Of a stretch of DNA of 64,000 bases, positions 1 through 9,820 are shown piece after piece. Position 1 is the stretch's first letter. The number at the start of each line of letters is the position of its first letter. This DNA comes from Lama glama. Taxonomy: Eukaryota. The notes under the pieces were generated by a model. That model ran no database searches and had not been told where the DNA came from. It saw only the letters and a program-made list of their open reading frames with translations. The translations under genes were made by a program, and so were the position numbers. The stretch is taken from contig CM052817.1 of NCBI GenBank assembly GCA_028534125.1, positions 74,464,001 through 74,528,000 of the forward strand, given 5' to 3'.

Positions 1-172
1 GTTAAAAAATACAGGGACATAGGGGCAACAGGGAAAAATGAATGATTTTACTATTATCATAAAAAATAAAAGCAGGGACTGCACATTTATGTTATAAGTT
101 GGCCCAGTGTAGAGAGTAAGTTAGACAGGAGCAGAAAAAAAAGCCTCTGTCACACTACCATTGCTAGCATAC

Positions 173-261
173 CTGAGAGAGATGGGCAAAGCCATAGCTT
201 CTTTTTAAGCTCTAAAATACGATTTCACAGGCATCACTTTTCTCTAGCTAGTCTTTAAAAA
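173..261 (-). pseudogene. Pseudo-exon, 89 nt, phase 1->0: (V)FKD*LEKSDACEIVF*SLKRSYGFAHLSQ
   Basis: Acceptor cagtttttctatag|, donor CAG|gtatgc. Phase matches the preceding exon 547-369. Two TAG stops. Confidence 0.7.
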
Positions 262-368
262 CTATAGAAAAACTGATCCTGTTGATATTTGGTTATGGCA
301 CCCCCTCTCCCCACCCTCTAGAAAGATTAGCATAAAGTAAGGGAAAACACTTTCAATGACCTGCTCAC

Positions 369-547
369 CAAGTTAAATTATTAGAGTCGGCCTTTGGCCA
401 CAGAATGATTCCCTGTGATTCACACTGGGCTCTGCGTAAATATTCTGAAATTTTGGCAGTAGCTTTTTAAAGTCACAATATTTTTTTTCCAAACAATGAG
501 ATCTACCTTGAAAGTTATGAGTGAGGTGTTTGGAATTCTGCTGTTCC
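369..547 (-). pseudogene. Pseudo-exon, 179 nt, phase 2->1: EQQNSKHLTHNFQGRSHCLEKKYCDFKKLLPKFQNIYAEPSVNHRESFCGQRPTLII*L
   Basis: Acceptor aatttgcttcttccacag|, donor TTG|gtgagc. 57 open codons, then TAA at 373-375. It lies largely within track ORF 373..672. Confidence 0.75.
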
Positions 548-1279
548 CTGTGGAAGAAGCAAATTGAAGACTGCCAAAAAAACACTGAACACCTGGAAAG
601 GATGGGCTTTAAGCCCTCTCTTGGGAAATGATCATGCATCCCACACCTGGGTGGAGGTATGTGTTCTAACATCCGGAGTAGAACTGTGTTACTTTAAAAT
701 GACAAATGAAAGACTTGTCTAGACCATATCTGACTGTGTAATTATTATTACCATCACTCTAACAAGAAATTGCTGTCGCACAAGTATTCACAGGTATAAT
801 TCAATACTTTCTGGATTCTATACAAAAGTAAAGTAATAAAAATAATTTTGAAAGCACTTATATTTGGAAAAAGGAAAAATTAAGGTCTAGAGAGAAAAGA
901 GGAAAGAAAAAGACAGATTTTATATCTTTTCTACTTCATATAAAAATCTTTGCTATTTATGTATGATAGGTGAAAAATTTCCAAGTAATGATTCATATGA
1001 AAATCTGTTAATTTCTAATGGAAATGGCTAACTTGGATTTGATCCTAAATGCATATTCACATTGTATTTGGTTGTTTAATCTCAAGGAAGCAGAATATAT
1101 TAAATGGGGTTTATATTTTAATTTAAAATATCAGTATTTGGGGAATTTTCCCTTGCTGCTTATTTTATAGTACATGAAAACCCTTCAAGAAATAGTTTAC
1201 TTGTAATATATGAACTTCAAATGTAAGTGGCGTTGTTGAAATATAAGGCAGTCATGTTCATGGCAAGTTATTTGCATTT

Positions 1280-1355
1280 TAGGGGCTTCAATTTCTTAAT
1301 CCGTAAAATAAGGATAATAATTCATTTCTCATAGGATTACTGTGAAGAATAAAAG
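1280..1355 (+). mobile_element. MIR SINE core fragment
   Basis: gcttcaatttcttaatccgtaaaataaggataataa...cataggattactgtgaagaataaa resembles the MIR core. Confidence 0.65.
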
Positions 1356-1357
1356 TG

Positions 1358-1393
1358 TATATATATATATATATATATATGTATACATATATA
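1358..1393. repeat. (TA)n microsatellite
   Basis: Directly visible TA run. Confidence 0.95.
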
Positions 1394-1521
1394 TGCCTAT
1401 TCTAACCACTTTACATGACTTAGTATTAAAATAAGCAGCAAAATTAAACTATTAAAAAAACTAAAGAACTAAGAAATTATACACACTCCAAATATACACA
1501 TATACACAGAAAGCAACTCAC

Positions 1522-1675
1522 TGTCCAGACCTCCTCACATTTTTGTTAGAGGAGAAATAAACATATTTTTGTTTTGGGGGTATATTTTTCTGGTTTCCCG
1601 CCTGCCTGGTCCTCTTGATTTAGTGACATATTTGACTCCCTCCATTCAAAGTGCTATTCAGAGGCTTTCAAAAGT
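1522..1675 (-). pseudogene. Pseudo-exon, 154 nt: LLKASE*HFEWRESNMSLNQEDQAGGKPEKYTP/(frameshift)KQKYVYFSSNKNVRRSG
   Basis: Acceptor atatttctaaaatag|, donor ACA|gtgagt, TAG at 1654-1656. Removing one base from the G5 run at 1576-1580 opens the rest of the frame and gives phase 2->2, matching both neighbours. Confidence 0.72.
1587..1648. repeat. 62-bp dispersed direct repeat, copy 1
   Basis: 56/62 identical to 2822-2883 by manual ungapped alignment. Confidence 0.95.
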
Positions 1676-2508
1676 CTATTTTAGAAATATTATTTTATCA
1701 ATGACCATATAGGTTAAGTAGAAAGAAACAATAATAAACTTCCCAATGCTGTGGCTAATTTGGCTTGGGTTTCATACGTATCTCAATGGAATGTTTTTCT
1801 ACCTACAGACTCCCTTTCCTAAGGATCTATAAAGCAGAATTGGGCATCCTCTGTCCCCACTCCCCCAGCAACAAAAAATGTGATAAAGCCTGTAGCCTGC
1901 AGGGGAGAAAATACAACAGATAAAATAGTAAATGTACTTTTTATTACTGGAAAACTTCTTTGGTGTAAGAGGATAATATTGTTTAAGTAAGATAAGGATC
2001 TGATTATTCTAACTACTGATTTGCAGGTAAACCTTAAGCAAGTTACTAAATACCAATTTTATGACCTATAAAATAATTGATGAGGATCCTGAATTGCCTT
2101 ATTCCAATGTTAAATTATAAATGCAAGATTTATAAAACCATCTATCAAGTTGTTATGAAAAGAGGGCAATCTTTTGACAAGGTATAAAGCTCATAGGATT
2201 TATCAAAGCAAAACAAATTAGAGGCATTCTCACTTTGCTTAGCTCTCCAAGGCATAAATAGATTAATTGGTTTTTCTTTTATTTCTGAGATTTGTATCTG
2301 ATTGCTTGCTCCAGGCAATATGATTATGAGAGGAGAACTAGAGAATTTCTTATTCTTTTTAAATTCACATTACTAAATCCCAAGGCTGCAGCTATTTGGT
2401 AATATGCTCAAAGTTTTAGGACTTCGTGCCATCCTGCTTTGTCTAGATTACAAATACATTAGTTGAATAGGTAAATGAATAACTGCCAGAAATTCAATAC
2501 TAGCTTAT

Positions 2509-2641
2509 ATGCCAAATTTCCATCCTGGAAAAAAGATGCCATCTATGTTTAATCTTGAGATCTTCCTCTTGGCCTTTTCTTTAGATTTCACAAGAGGCAC
2601 AATACCAGACAGCAAGTCAGAATTAAGGAAACGTGGTTTCT
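2509..2641 (-). pseudogene. Pseudo-exon, 133 nt, phase 1->2: KPRFLNSDLLSGIVPLVKSKEKAKRKISRLNIDGIFFPGWKFG
   Basis: Strong acceptor ctttttatgtttttgtgttcctttaacag| and a stop-free frame. The donor reads ATAAGC, apparently GTAAGC with +1 G>A. Confidence 0.68.
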
Positions 2642-2772
2642 CTGTTAAAGGAACACAAAAACATAAAAAGAGTAGATATATCTTGCTTTATGGAAATTAT
2701 CCCTCCCCAGCATGTGTTATGGATAAAAAGAACAATGAGGTATATGAATAAACCAGTAAAGTATCAGTTTAT

Positions 2773-3077
2773 CTGGCCTAAATCTCATTTGTAATGAGCA
2801 GTTTCCAAAGAGGAGTATGTCTTTCTGGTTTCCCGTCTGCCTGGTCCTCCTGATTTAGTGATGTGTTTGACTACCTCCATTCACAACCATTCTGATTCAC
2901 TTCCTGACTTTTAAAATTCTTTCCTGGAATAGTGCCTTCTTGGGCTGCCATTTCAGTAGACCTCTCTTCCCTCTTGGGACTTATCCCAAGATCAACTGTA
3001 TTCAACTAAGGCCTTTTATGTGAAGAGTTGATCAACCAAGGCCCAGATTCATTTACTTTTAGCTCTATCACCGATAA
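2773..3077 (-). pseudogene. Pseudo-exon, ~305 nt: LSVIELKVNESGPWLINSSHKRP*LNTVDLGISPKREERSTEMAAQEGTIPGKNFKSQEVNQNGCEWR*SNTSLNQEDQADGKPERHTP...
   Basis: Long frame with few stops, sharing an in-frame peptide repeat with exon 1675-1522. Both splice sites appear mutated (tgtttctgtctGG| and CAG|ATAAAC), so the boundaries are inferred. Confidence 0.55.
2822..2883. repeat. 62-bp dispersed direct repeat, copy 2
   Basis: 56/62 identical to 1587-1648. Confidence 0.95.
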
Positions 3078-3274
3078 CCAGACAGAAACAACATATTGCC
3101 ATTGTTCTTCTTTACTTTGGACTTTAAACATCAGTTTTTATTTTATTGGCTTGTGGATAAAACACAATTGATAGTGTTGACTAAGAGAATCTGTAACAAT
3201 GGGAAAGCATTGTAGGAACATTAATTTAGCGTCATAAGGCACTTCTGTGCCCAGTGCACAGTCTCATGTCATAC

Positions 3275-3359
3275 ATCCTGGGTTTTCTCCCTATATCTTC
3301 TAGTAAATCCTTAATTGATTCAGAGAGTTACTGAATATCTCCATATCTCATTTCCATTG
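3275..3359 (-). pseudogene. Pseudo-exon, 85 nt, phase 2->0: NGNEIWRYSVTL*IN*GFTRRYREKTQD
   Basis: Acceptor ttttttccttatttatacaag|, donor GAT|gtatga. Phase 2->0 bridges the flanking exons, but another frame is also plausible. Confidence 0.5.
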
Positions 3360-3817
3360 CTTGTATAAATAAGGAAAAAATTATGGACACTACCATGTTT
3401 GGTAAAATAGCTTTGTAGATGTTTTGTTCTTATTTTTTTAATTCATCAGTTTGAAGATTTACTCACTATTCCTCTAAAACTTTTGAATGTCAATATATTT
3501 GATGTAGAGTACAAGTAGTAAAAATAATTGCAACTATCCTATTTATCTCAATCTGCATTAGAAGAATTAATACTTCAATCTGCTAAGCACCTAGAAGGTC
3601 TCAGAGGAAAGAATTAATAATTTTGTTTGCTTCCTGTTTTTAGTTGGAAAATGGTGAAACAAAAAGTATATTTTCAAGTTATGGAAAACATTCATGATTA
3701 TCTTCTAGTAGAAATATTTATTTTAGAATACTTAGGTTAAAAGTTGATATATTTATATGTGCAATACAATTGCATATACTTCTTTTTGTGCTAGTAACTA
3801 CAGAGGAGCATGCTTAC

Positions 3818-3898
3818 CTCTTATTAATTTCTTCCCAATACATAATGGAAACTTGGCGATGTCCATATGATTTTGACTTCCTGGTCATGGTTTTTGTC
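3818..3898 (-). pseudogene. Pseudo-exon, 81 nt, phase 2->2: TKTMTRKSKSYGHRQVSIMYWEEINK
   Basis: Acceptor aattttttctctgtag|, donor GAG|gtaagc. Only the phase-2 frame is stop-free. Confidence 0.78.
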
Positions 3899-4304
3899 CT
3901 ACAGAGAAAAAATTCTCATTCCAAGACTAGTAGTGTTAACCAACTGCTATTCAAATGTGAGGTCTGAGTATAAAAACAGAGAAGGAGAGAGAATGAGGTT
4001 AGCACATAATTCAGAATGTGTAACATATTCTTCATGTAAGTAGATTGGTACATGAAACTCCTCCAAGTAAAATTATGCCTCATGAATCTGTAAGAACACA
4101 CTGCAGATTTTAAAAACGATTTCAGTTTCATTTCAAGGGTTGGGGGGTGCTCACAGTAGGGGTTACAGTAGGCTTGTGGCAACATGTGCAGTAGATTGGC
4201 TCCAAGCCTGGCTTATTGTTGGAATCTCTTAGTGTGGCCCCAGCAATGCTAGAATCAGAAATTCTAGGTATATTCTGAGAACTCTCCTAGTACGGGAGCT
4301 ATCA

Positions 4305-4470
4305 TTGTAATGGGCAGGGAGTAGATGTGAAGTCAGAGAAACCAGGGTCTAAATTTTCCAGGGCTTTTCTCATTGTTAAATAGAGGGAAATGATACCTGT
4401 TCTACAGAGTGCTCCAATATGAGAGTAAACCATATGCAGAATTCCTGTCAAAAATGGTCACTCAGAGGAC
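4305..4470 (+). mobile_element. MIR fragment
   Basis: gaagtcagagaaaccagggtctaaat...ttttctcattgttaaatagagggaaatgatacctg. Confidence 0.5.
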
Positions 4471-5947
4471 AATCACTATGTTTAAAATTGATAATAAATA
4501 TTATAATGCAAGATGAAGAACTTCAACCAAGAGAACAAGATTTATCAAGCAGGATTTGAGAAGAGTTAAGAAGCTGAGGCTTAAGGAATATAATAAACAA
4601 GAAAAGTGACGCATGAGGAAGTAGATGAGCAATTCAGAGTAATGAGGAAGGCACTAAAGTGGGCAAACATGAATAGTAAAGGTCAGAACCATGGAGAAAG
4701 TGAAAACCAAGCTGTCAAATTGTGTTGAAGGATCATAATGGAGAGGGAACCAACCCAGAACTCCGGGAGAAAGTCCCTGAACCCTAGATCAAGAACCAGT
4801 GCAGAGAGCCTGGGCAGCAGGGATCAGAACCCTCCATGCGTGAGAATGTATCATATAGTCCAGCACTAGGGAGCAGTCTTCCTAGATTTAGGGGATGGGA
4901 GCAGGGAATGGGGAGCACATAATAATGGATCAGGTGTAAGCGCAGGCACCACAGTGTCTGAGGTGATGGTACAATTCTCCCCATTTCCTTTTCATTCTAT
5001 GGATATAAAGAAACTGATCAGAAGACCAAGGCAGTTGAAATTCTTCTCAAATTTGAACTGAATGTGAAGAAGTAGATGTGTCTTTTATGACAATAACATG
5101 ACACTATGTTTTTATTAATTAGTGTAGAAGATTTTCACTCAATGCAAAGGTCAAAAAAATGGGTGGCTTTGGATCTGAGAAAGACAAAGACTTTCCTTGT
5201 GAGGAAAACATAAACTGAGAATTAGAAGTAAAAATAACAACATCATTTCAGAGTAGAAAGTGATCAGCCAACAGAGTTACTAGTAGATTGCAAGTGAATG
5301 CAATGATTGAAAATAGAACAAGCAGAGTATTATTGCTACCTTTATTTGGATGTTGCATTTACTGAAATTTTACTACCTAGTCCAGATCATAGGATTATTA
5401 CAGATTTTACAAAACCTATTTTTGTACTTTTTCTTCCTATTTGATTTTGGTAAAGACATTCTATTCCTTTGAGGTTCGTAAAATTATTCATATGGTTTTA
5501 ATCCTACTATTTAATTGTGTAAGTACCAGAGAGAGCTGAAGATTAATTTCTTGTTTGAATGTTGTTTACTCAAAACGTTTAACAATGTCATTTGAATACT
5601 TTGGTTGGGACATGACCATTTAAAAGCCTTCTTAGAATCTAGGCAATTTTAGACTAAGTCTGACTTTTTCTTTAAACAATTATATTAAATGTTCCCACAT
5701 TCCACTTTAAACATTATTTATATATAATTAAATTAGTCCAGTTTCAATACAGTTGAATAGTTGATATAACACACAATTTTGTACGTTTGCTATAATCAAT
5801 TAAAATAATTTCAGTTTGTAATTTTTTTTTCATATTTTTGAGCCCATGGAAATTTTGAGAGTTGAAAATCTGGCAAGTCCAAGATGTACTACTTTTAAAG
5901 ATTTATGGAAAAACAACTAGCCTAGGAGTAGGGATTTCTTTACATAC

Positions 5948-6486
5948 GTAGGATAACCTCTTAGGAAAAACACATCTTAACAGTCATTATAAAAGAGTAG
6001 AGAGAATATTTGTTGATCCATTAAATATCGCATTCTCAAAATAATAGGATATAGTGATTAGTTTGGGGTTGATATATTTATAGTTATGTAGCTTCTTTCC
6101 TGAAGTAACCTGTAAACTTCTTAAGGCATAACTTTCCTTTTTAGGCCTCATTTTATCCTCAGAATCAGTCCAGTGACGTCTACTTAGCAAGAATTTATAG
6201 GTTAATTATTCCTTCAGATTTAAACACCTTTTTTTTCTTTTCTTTTTTTTTGACTTTGGCTTAACGTTGTGAGTATAGTTCCTATGTTGGTGTCAACTGG
6301 CAGAAATTGTGAAACATGTTACCAGTAAATTGATTGTGCTATATTTAGGGACTTACTGCTGACTTACTATGTTCTAAGCAACAGGGAAACATTTTTAAAG
6401 ATTGGCTTATGAGTCTTTGTATTAAAAATAACCTTCTCAGAGTTTACGTCTTTGCATACGTTTTTGAGTTGAATGCCAGCATTGAA
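5948..6486 (-). pseudogene. Pseudo-exon, 539 nt, net phase 0->2: FNAGIQLKNVCKDVNSEKVIFNTKTHKPIFKNVSLLLRT**...SRRHWTDSEDKMRPKKESYALRSLQ...DVFFLRGYP
   Basis: Acceptor ttctttttctacttatatatttag|, donor TAC|gtatgt. Contains track ORF 5987..6190. Several stops, and a frameshift at the A-rich run near 6229-6251 with a later compensating shift. Confidence 0.65.
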
Positions 6487-7801
6487 CTAAATATATAAGT
6501 AGAAAAAGAACATCTGCCATTTCACAGACTAGCTGATAAAATTGTTACAAATTAACTGGTTCCTTTGCTAAGAATTTTCTAGTATGAAGGAAATTTGTTT
6601 TATAAACATAGTAGAATCCAATATATATAATATCTATGCCAGGTCTAATCTCATCTACTTTTCTTTTTCAACTGGAAAATAAGCTGTTTAAAATCAAATG
6701 GTGTTGAAAGGCAAAGTTCACATCCAAGCCTGAGAACTGCCTTAGAGTTGTAATTTGGGTGGAGGTGCGAAAAGAAAATAGTTCACAGGAAGTTTTTTGT
6801 GAAAAGGCCACAGGGACCACTGATTTCATGGTGCAGGACACATTCAGAAAGTCACCTAAGGCTACAGCATTTCTTTTTTCTTATAGTCAAATAAAAAGAA
6901 ACAGTTGATAAAATGGTGGAAGAATGGAATGGTGAAGTAGGCATAAATGTCCTAAATTATTATGAAATAGTGGAACTGACTTTCATTTTGAAATCAAATT
7001 TGTTTTTCTCTAATTCTTTTTTTAAATTTTATTTTAAAAGGAACTGATATTACCTGTTAAAATGTCACTTATTTGGAAAAACATAAAAAATATTCCACAA
7101 ATATTGCCTATATGTACAAGTAAGAGGGATTAATTCAAAATATTATTCTACCATACGGCATTTAGGAGCAAGAGAACAATGAAATCATTTAGCAGTTTTT
7201 GAATTTGTAATAATATCATGTGACAAAAGAAGCAAACATATCTAGCCAGCTTAAATCATTAGAGAATCTTACAACATTATATTCCTAAAGAAAGAAACAT
7301 AAACAAATGAAAATTATATAGGACGAAATGTACCATTTTAGTCATAGCTTTCAATATATTTCCTTAACAAGTTTTGATTACATCTGAATGCTTCTAAATA
7401 GAAAAAAACAGCTCATTAGATTTTTGCCTAAGCATGTGCAAGCAAGTATTTATTCCTTAGAGAAAAGAAAAGAGAATGAAATAAAGAGTGCAAAGAGAAG
7501 CAAGGAAAAAGACATCTGTGTGGTCTGATAGAATAATGTGATACAGAATCCTGTAGGGAGATCCCTGTGGATTTGAGAAAGTGCTGGAACCCCTGACAAG
7601 AGCTTAGTCTAAATAAAATAAAAACATTTCCAAACATAGAGGCCGCAGAGTAGGGTCCCAAAGTATATTTGCTGAACTTAATTGGATGGCTTATGATATA
7701 TTTGAAAATCTGGTTCATGTTTAAAAAAAACAAAAAGCACTGTTAAAAAAATCTATAGCTGCAGCTCTCCTTCCCCAAAGCTCCTGCCATGGAAACCATA
7801 C

Positions 7802-8120
7802 TCCACTTTCAAACAGGTATGAGTGTTTGATCTCATGTACTTCGTGATACTCTTCTGGCCATTTTCAAGATGGTGGCTTTTCTTTCCCAAACATTAAAGC
7901 CCAAATCCTAATGCTAGCAGTTCTGTGGTGAAGAAACACGTGTTCATCAACTACCCAGGATCAAACTTTGAATTCTTATGAGCAGAGGGGAAAGAATTCA
8001 GAAGTAGGAATTAACACATTTTGCCAGGCCAACAATTTATGTTTATTTGTGTGTGGGTGTTCTGCCTGGTTAAAGGGAGCATTATCTTTAGCTGCAAGTT
8101 GGAATTTTTCTAACCCTAGG
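7802..8120 (-). pseudogene. Pseudo-exon, 319 nt, phase 2->0: LGLEKFQLAAKDNAPFNQAEHPHTNKHKLLAWQNVLIPTSEFFPLCS*EFKV*SWVVDEHVFLHHRTASIRIWALMFGKEKPPS*KWPEEYHEVHEIKHSYLFESG
   Basis: Acceptor ctttccctatcatcagtctttccag|, donor GGA|gtatgg. 106 codons with three stops and no frameshift. The phase-0 end joins exon 6486-5948. Confidence 0.65.
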
Positions 8121-8372
8121 CTGGAAAGACTGATGATAGGGAAAGTAGGTCCACTTTGGAACTTGTCTTGGTACTTACCTTGCGGAAGAAACAATTTCAG
8201 AGAAGGCATTCTAGTTTCTCTAGTTCTTGTTTAAGACACCTTAATCGAGGTCTTAAAACCTTTTGTGAAATGGAGATGAAACACCTACCTTTCAGTATAG
8301 GTATGCAGATTACGTAAGATGATGTTTTTAAACAGATAATAAAATAACCATGATGATAACACTAATAATAAC

Positions 8373-8794
8373 TGTTATGAGCTGAATTGTGTCCTCTTCA
8401 GAATCCATATTTTGAAGCCCTAATTCCTAGTACCTTAGAATCTGGATGTATTTGGAGATAGGGTTTTTAAGGGGTGATTAAATTAAAATGAAGTCACTAG
8501 GGTGGTCCCTAACTCAATCTGACTGGTGTCCTTATAAGTAGAGTAAATTTGGCACAGTAGACACTAAGCATGCTCCAGCACAGAGGAAAGACCAAGTAAG
8601 TACAGTGAGAGAAGGCAGCCATCTGCAAGCCAAGGAGAGAGGCCTCTGAAGAAACCAAATCCCTGACCTTGAACTTCTGACTGACTCCTTAATCTTCAAC
8701 TTCTATCTTCCAGAATTGTGTGAAAATACATTTTTGTTGTTTAAGCCACTCAATCTGTGGTACTTTGTTATTGTAGCCATAGAAAACTAATACA
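8373..8794 (+). mobile_element. MaLR solo LTR (MLT1B-like)
   Basis: TGTTATGAGCTGAATTGTGTCC...GAAAACTAATACA ends and typical MLT1 body. Flanks ATAAC/AAAAC fit a 5-bp TSD with one mismatch. Confidence 0.9.
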
Positions 8795-8820
8795 AAAACT
8801 AACAGGGACTGAAAACTTAC

Positions 8821-9342
8821 TATAGTTTTTGTAGTTAGTACTGCTTCTTGGGAGAGTTGCTGAATTAATTTAGGGGATGGATAAGGATGTGAAGGGCGTA
8901 CTCTTCCACTTTTGCCTTTAATGTCCCAGTGGACCACCTGAAATTTAGACTATCAGTTGTATGTTTACTATTATAAGAACAGAGAGAAACTATCTCTGAC
9001 AGTAACTGACAGGGTCCTTCACAGTTTTTCTTTGATATGTTACTGAGTTCTGGATGGAATCTACCTAATTATCAAATAAAATCTGCATGTTTTATTAAAG
9101 TTTTATTCACTATTCTTCCTGTGGAAACTTAAATACACAATGGTGGTTCAGATTTTTCTTTCAAATTTTAAGCATGGAGTAAATGGAGTGAAAATCCATT
9201 CCGTAGGATATATTTGTTTACTATATTCTTGCAAAGCACCCTTCATATTGATTCAGTTTGGAAGATCTGCCACTGTTTTAATTTTTCACACTTTAATGTA
9301 AATTTCTTTATTCTGGTGACTATGGATGTTTCTTCTTTCTTT
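8821..9342 (-). pseudogene. Candidate pseudo-exon, 522 nt, phase 2->2 (alternatively only 8937-8821, stop-free VVHWDIKGKSGRVRPSHPYPSPKLIQQLSQEAVLTTKTI)
   Basis: Consensus donor |gtaagt at 8820-8815. The acceptor ttctttttgcttgctaag| gives a phase match to exon 8120-7802, but that frame has seven stops. The upstream boundary is ambiguous. Confidence 0.45.
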
Positions 9343-9709
9343 CTTAGCAAGCAAAAAGAAATCTGAATCTCAATTCAAGATATGAATTTAGTCTAAGTCC
9401 AAAATTGGGAAAACCACTAAATAAATGGGCAAAAGTATTATGATGCTTTAACGTGCCATTAAAATTTCTGTTGGTTAAGATTTCTGTATGTGTATGTATA
9501 TTATATATGCATATATATGTGTATTATCAATTACCTATTAGAGACAACCTATGCTGTATGTTTATCTGTCTGTCTGCCTGTCTATTATTTTCTATCATGT
9601 CCATTTTAACTTAGAATATAGATAAGATTAGGTAATGATTAAACCTTAGAAAATTAATTAAAATGATAATTCTTTCTATGAGGCCAAACATATCGAAAGT
9701 TGTAGATAC

Positions 9710-9820
9710 CAACCTACATGTCACTTTTAGTGTTGATCTTTTTCTTTAAAGACCAAGTCTAATTACTGCTTGTAAACTATGTTTAAGCTAGTTTCTTGGC
9801 TAATGTCTTGGCTCATTTAC
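9710..9820 (-). pseudogene. Candidate upstream exon, possibly containing the start codon (MSQDISQETSLNIVYKQ*LDLVFKEKDQH)
   Basis: Strong acceptor aatttttgttttctctcttag| and ATG at 9816-9814. The donor is uncertain (gtaggt after 9718 or gtatct after 9710). Confidence 0.35.

Larger units (their letters stand above)
173..9820 (-). pseudogene. Multi-exon pseudogene of an unidentified large protein; 3' end lies left of the window
   Basis: A chain of minus-strand exons with polypyrimidine-AG acceptors and GT donors whose phases mostly join. It has in-frame stops, frameshifts and mutated splice sites. Exons are listed individually below. Confidence 0.75.

Noticed and set aside
6145..6200. Plus-strand exon-like segment ASFYPQNQSSDVYLARIY
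   Set aside because: Poor donor, and it lies antisense within the better-supported minus-strand exon 6486-5948.
173..9820. Argument that the pseudogene stops are all C>T changes from Gln/Arg codons
   Set aside because: Any stop codon can be repaired that way, so it is not evidence. One stop appears to derive from GAG. I also could not assign a gene symbol.
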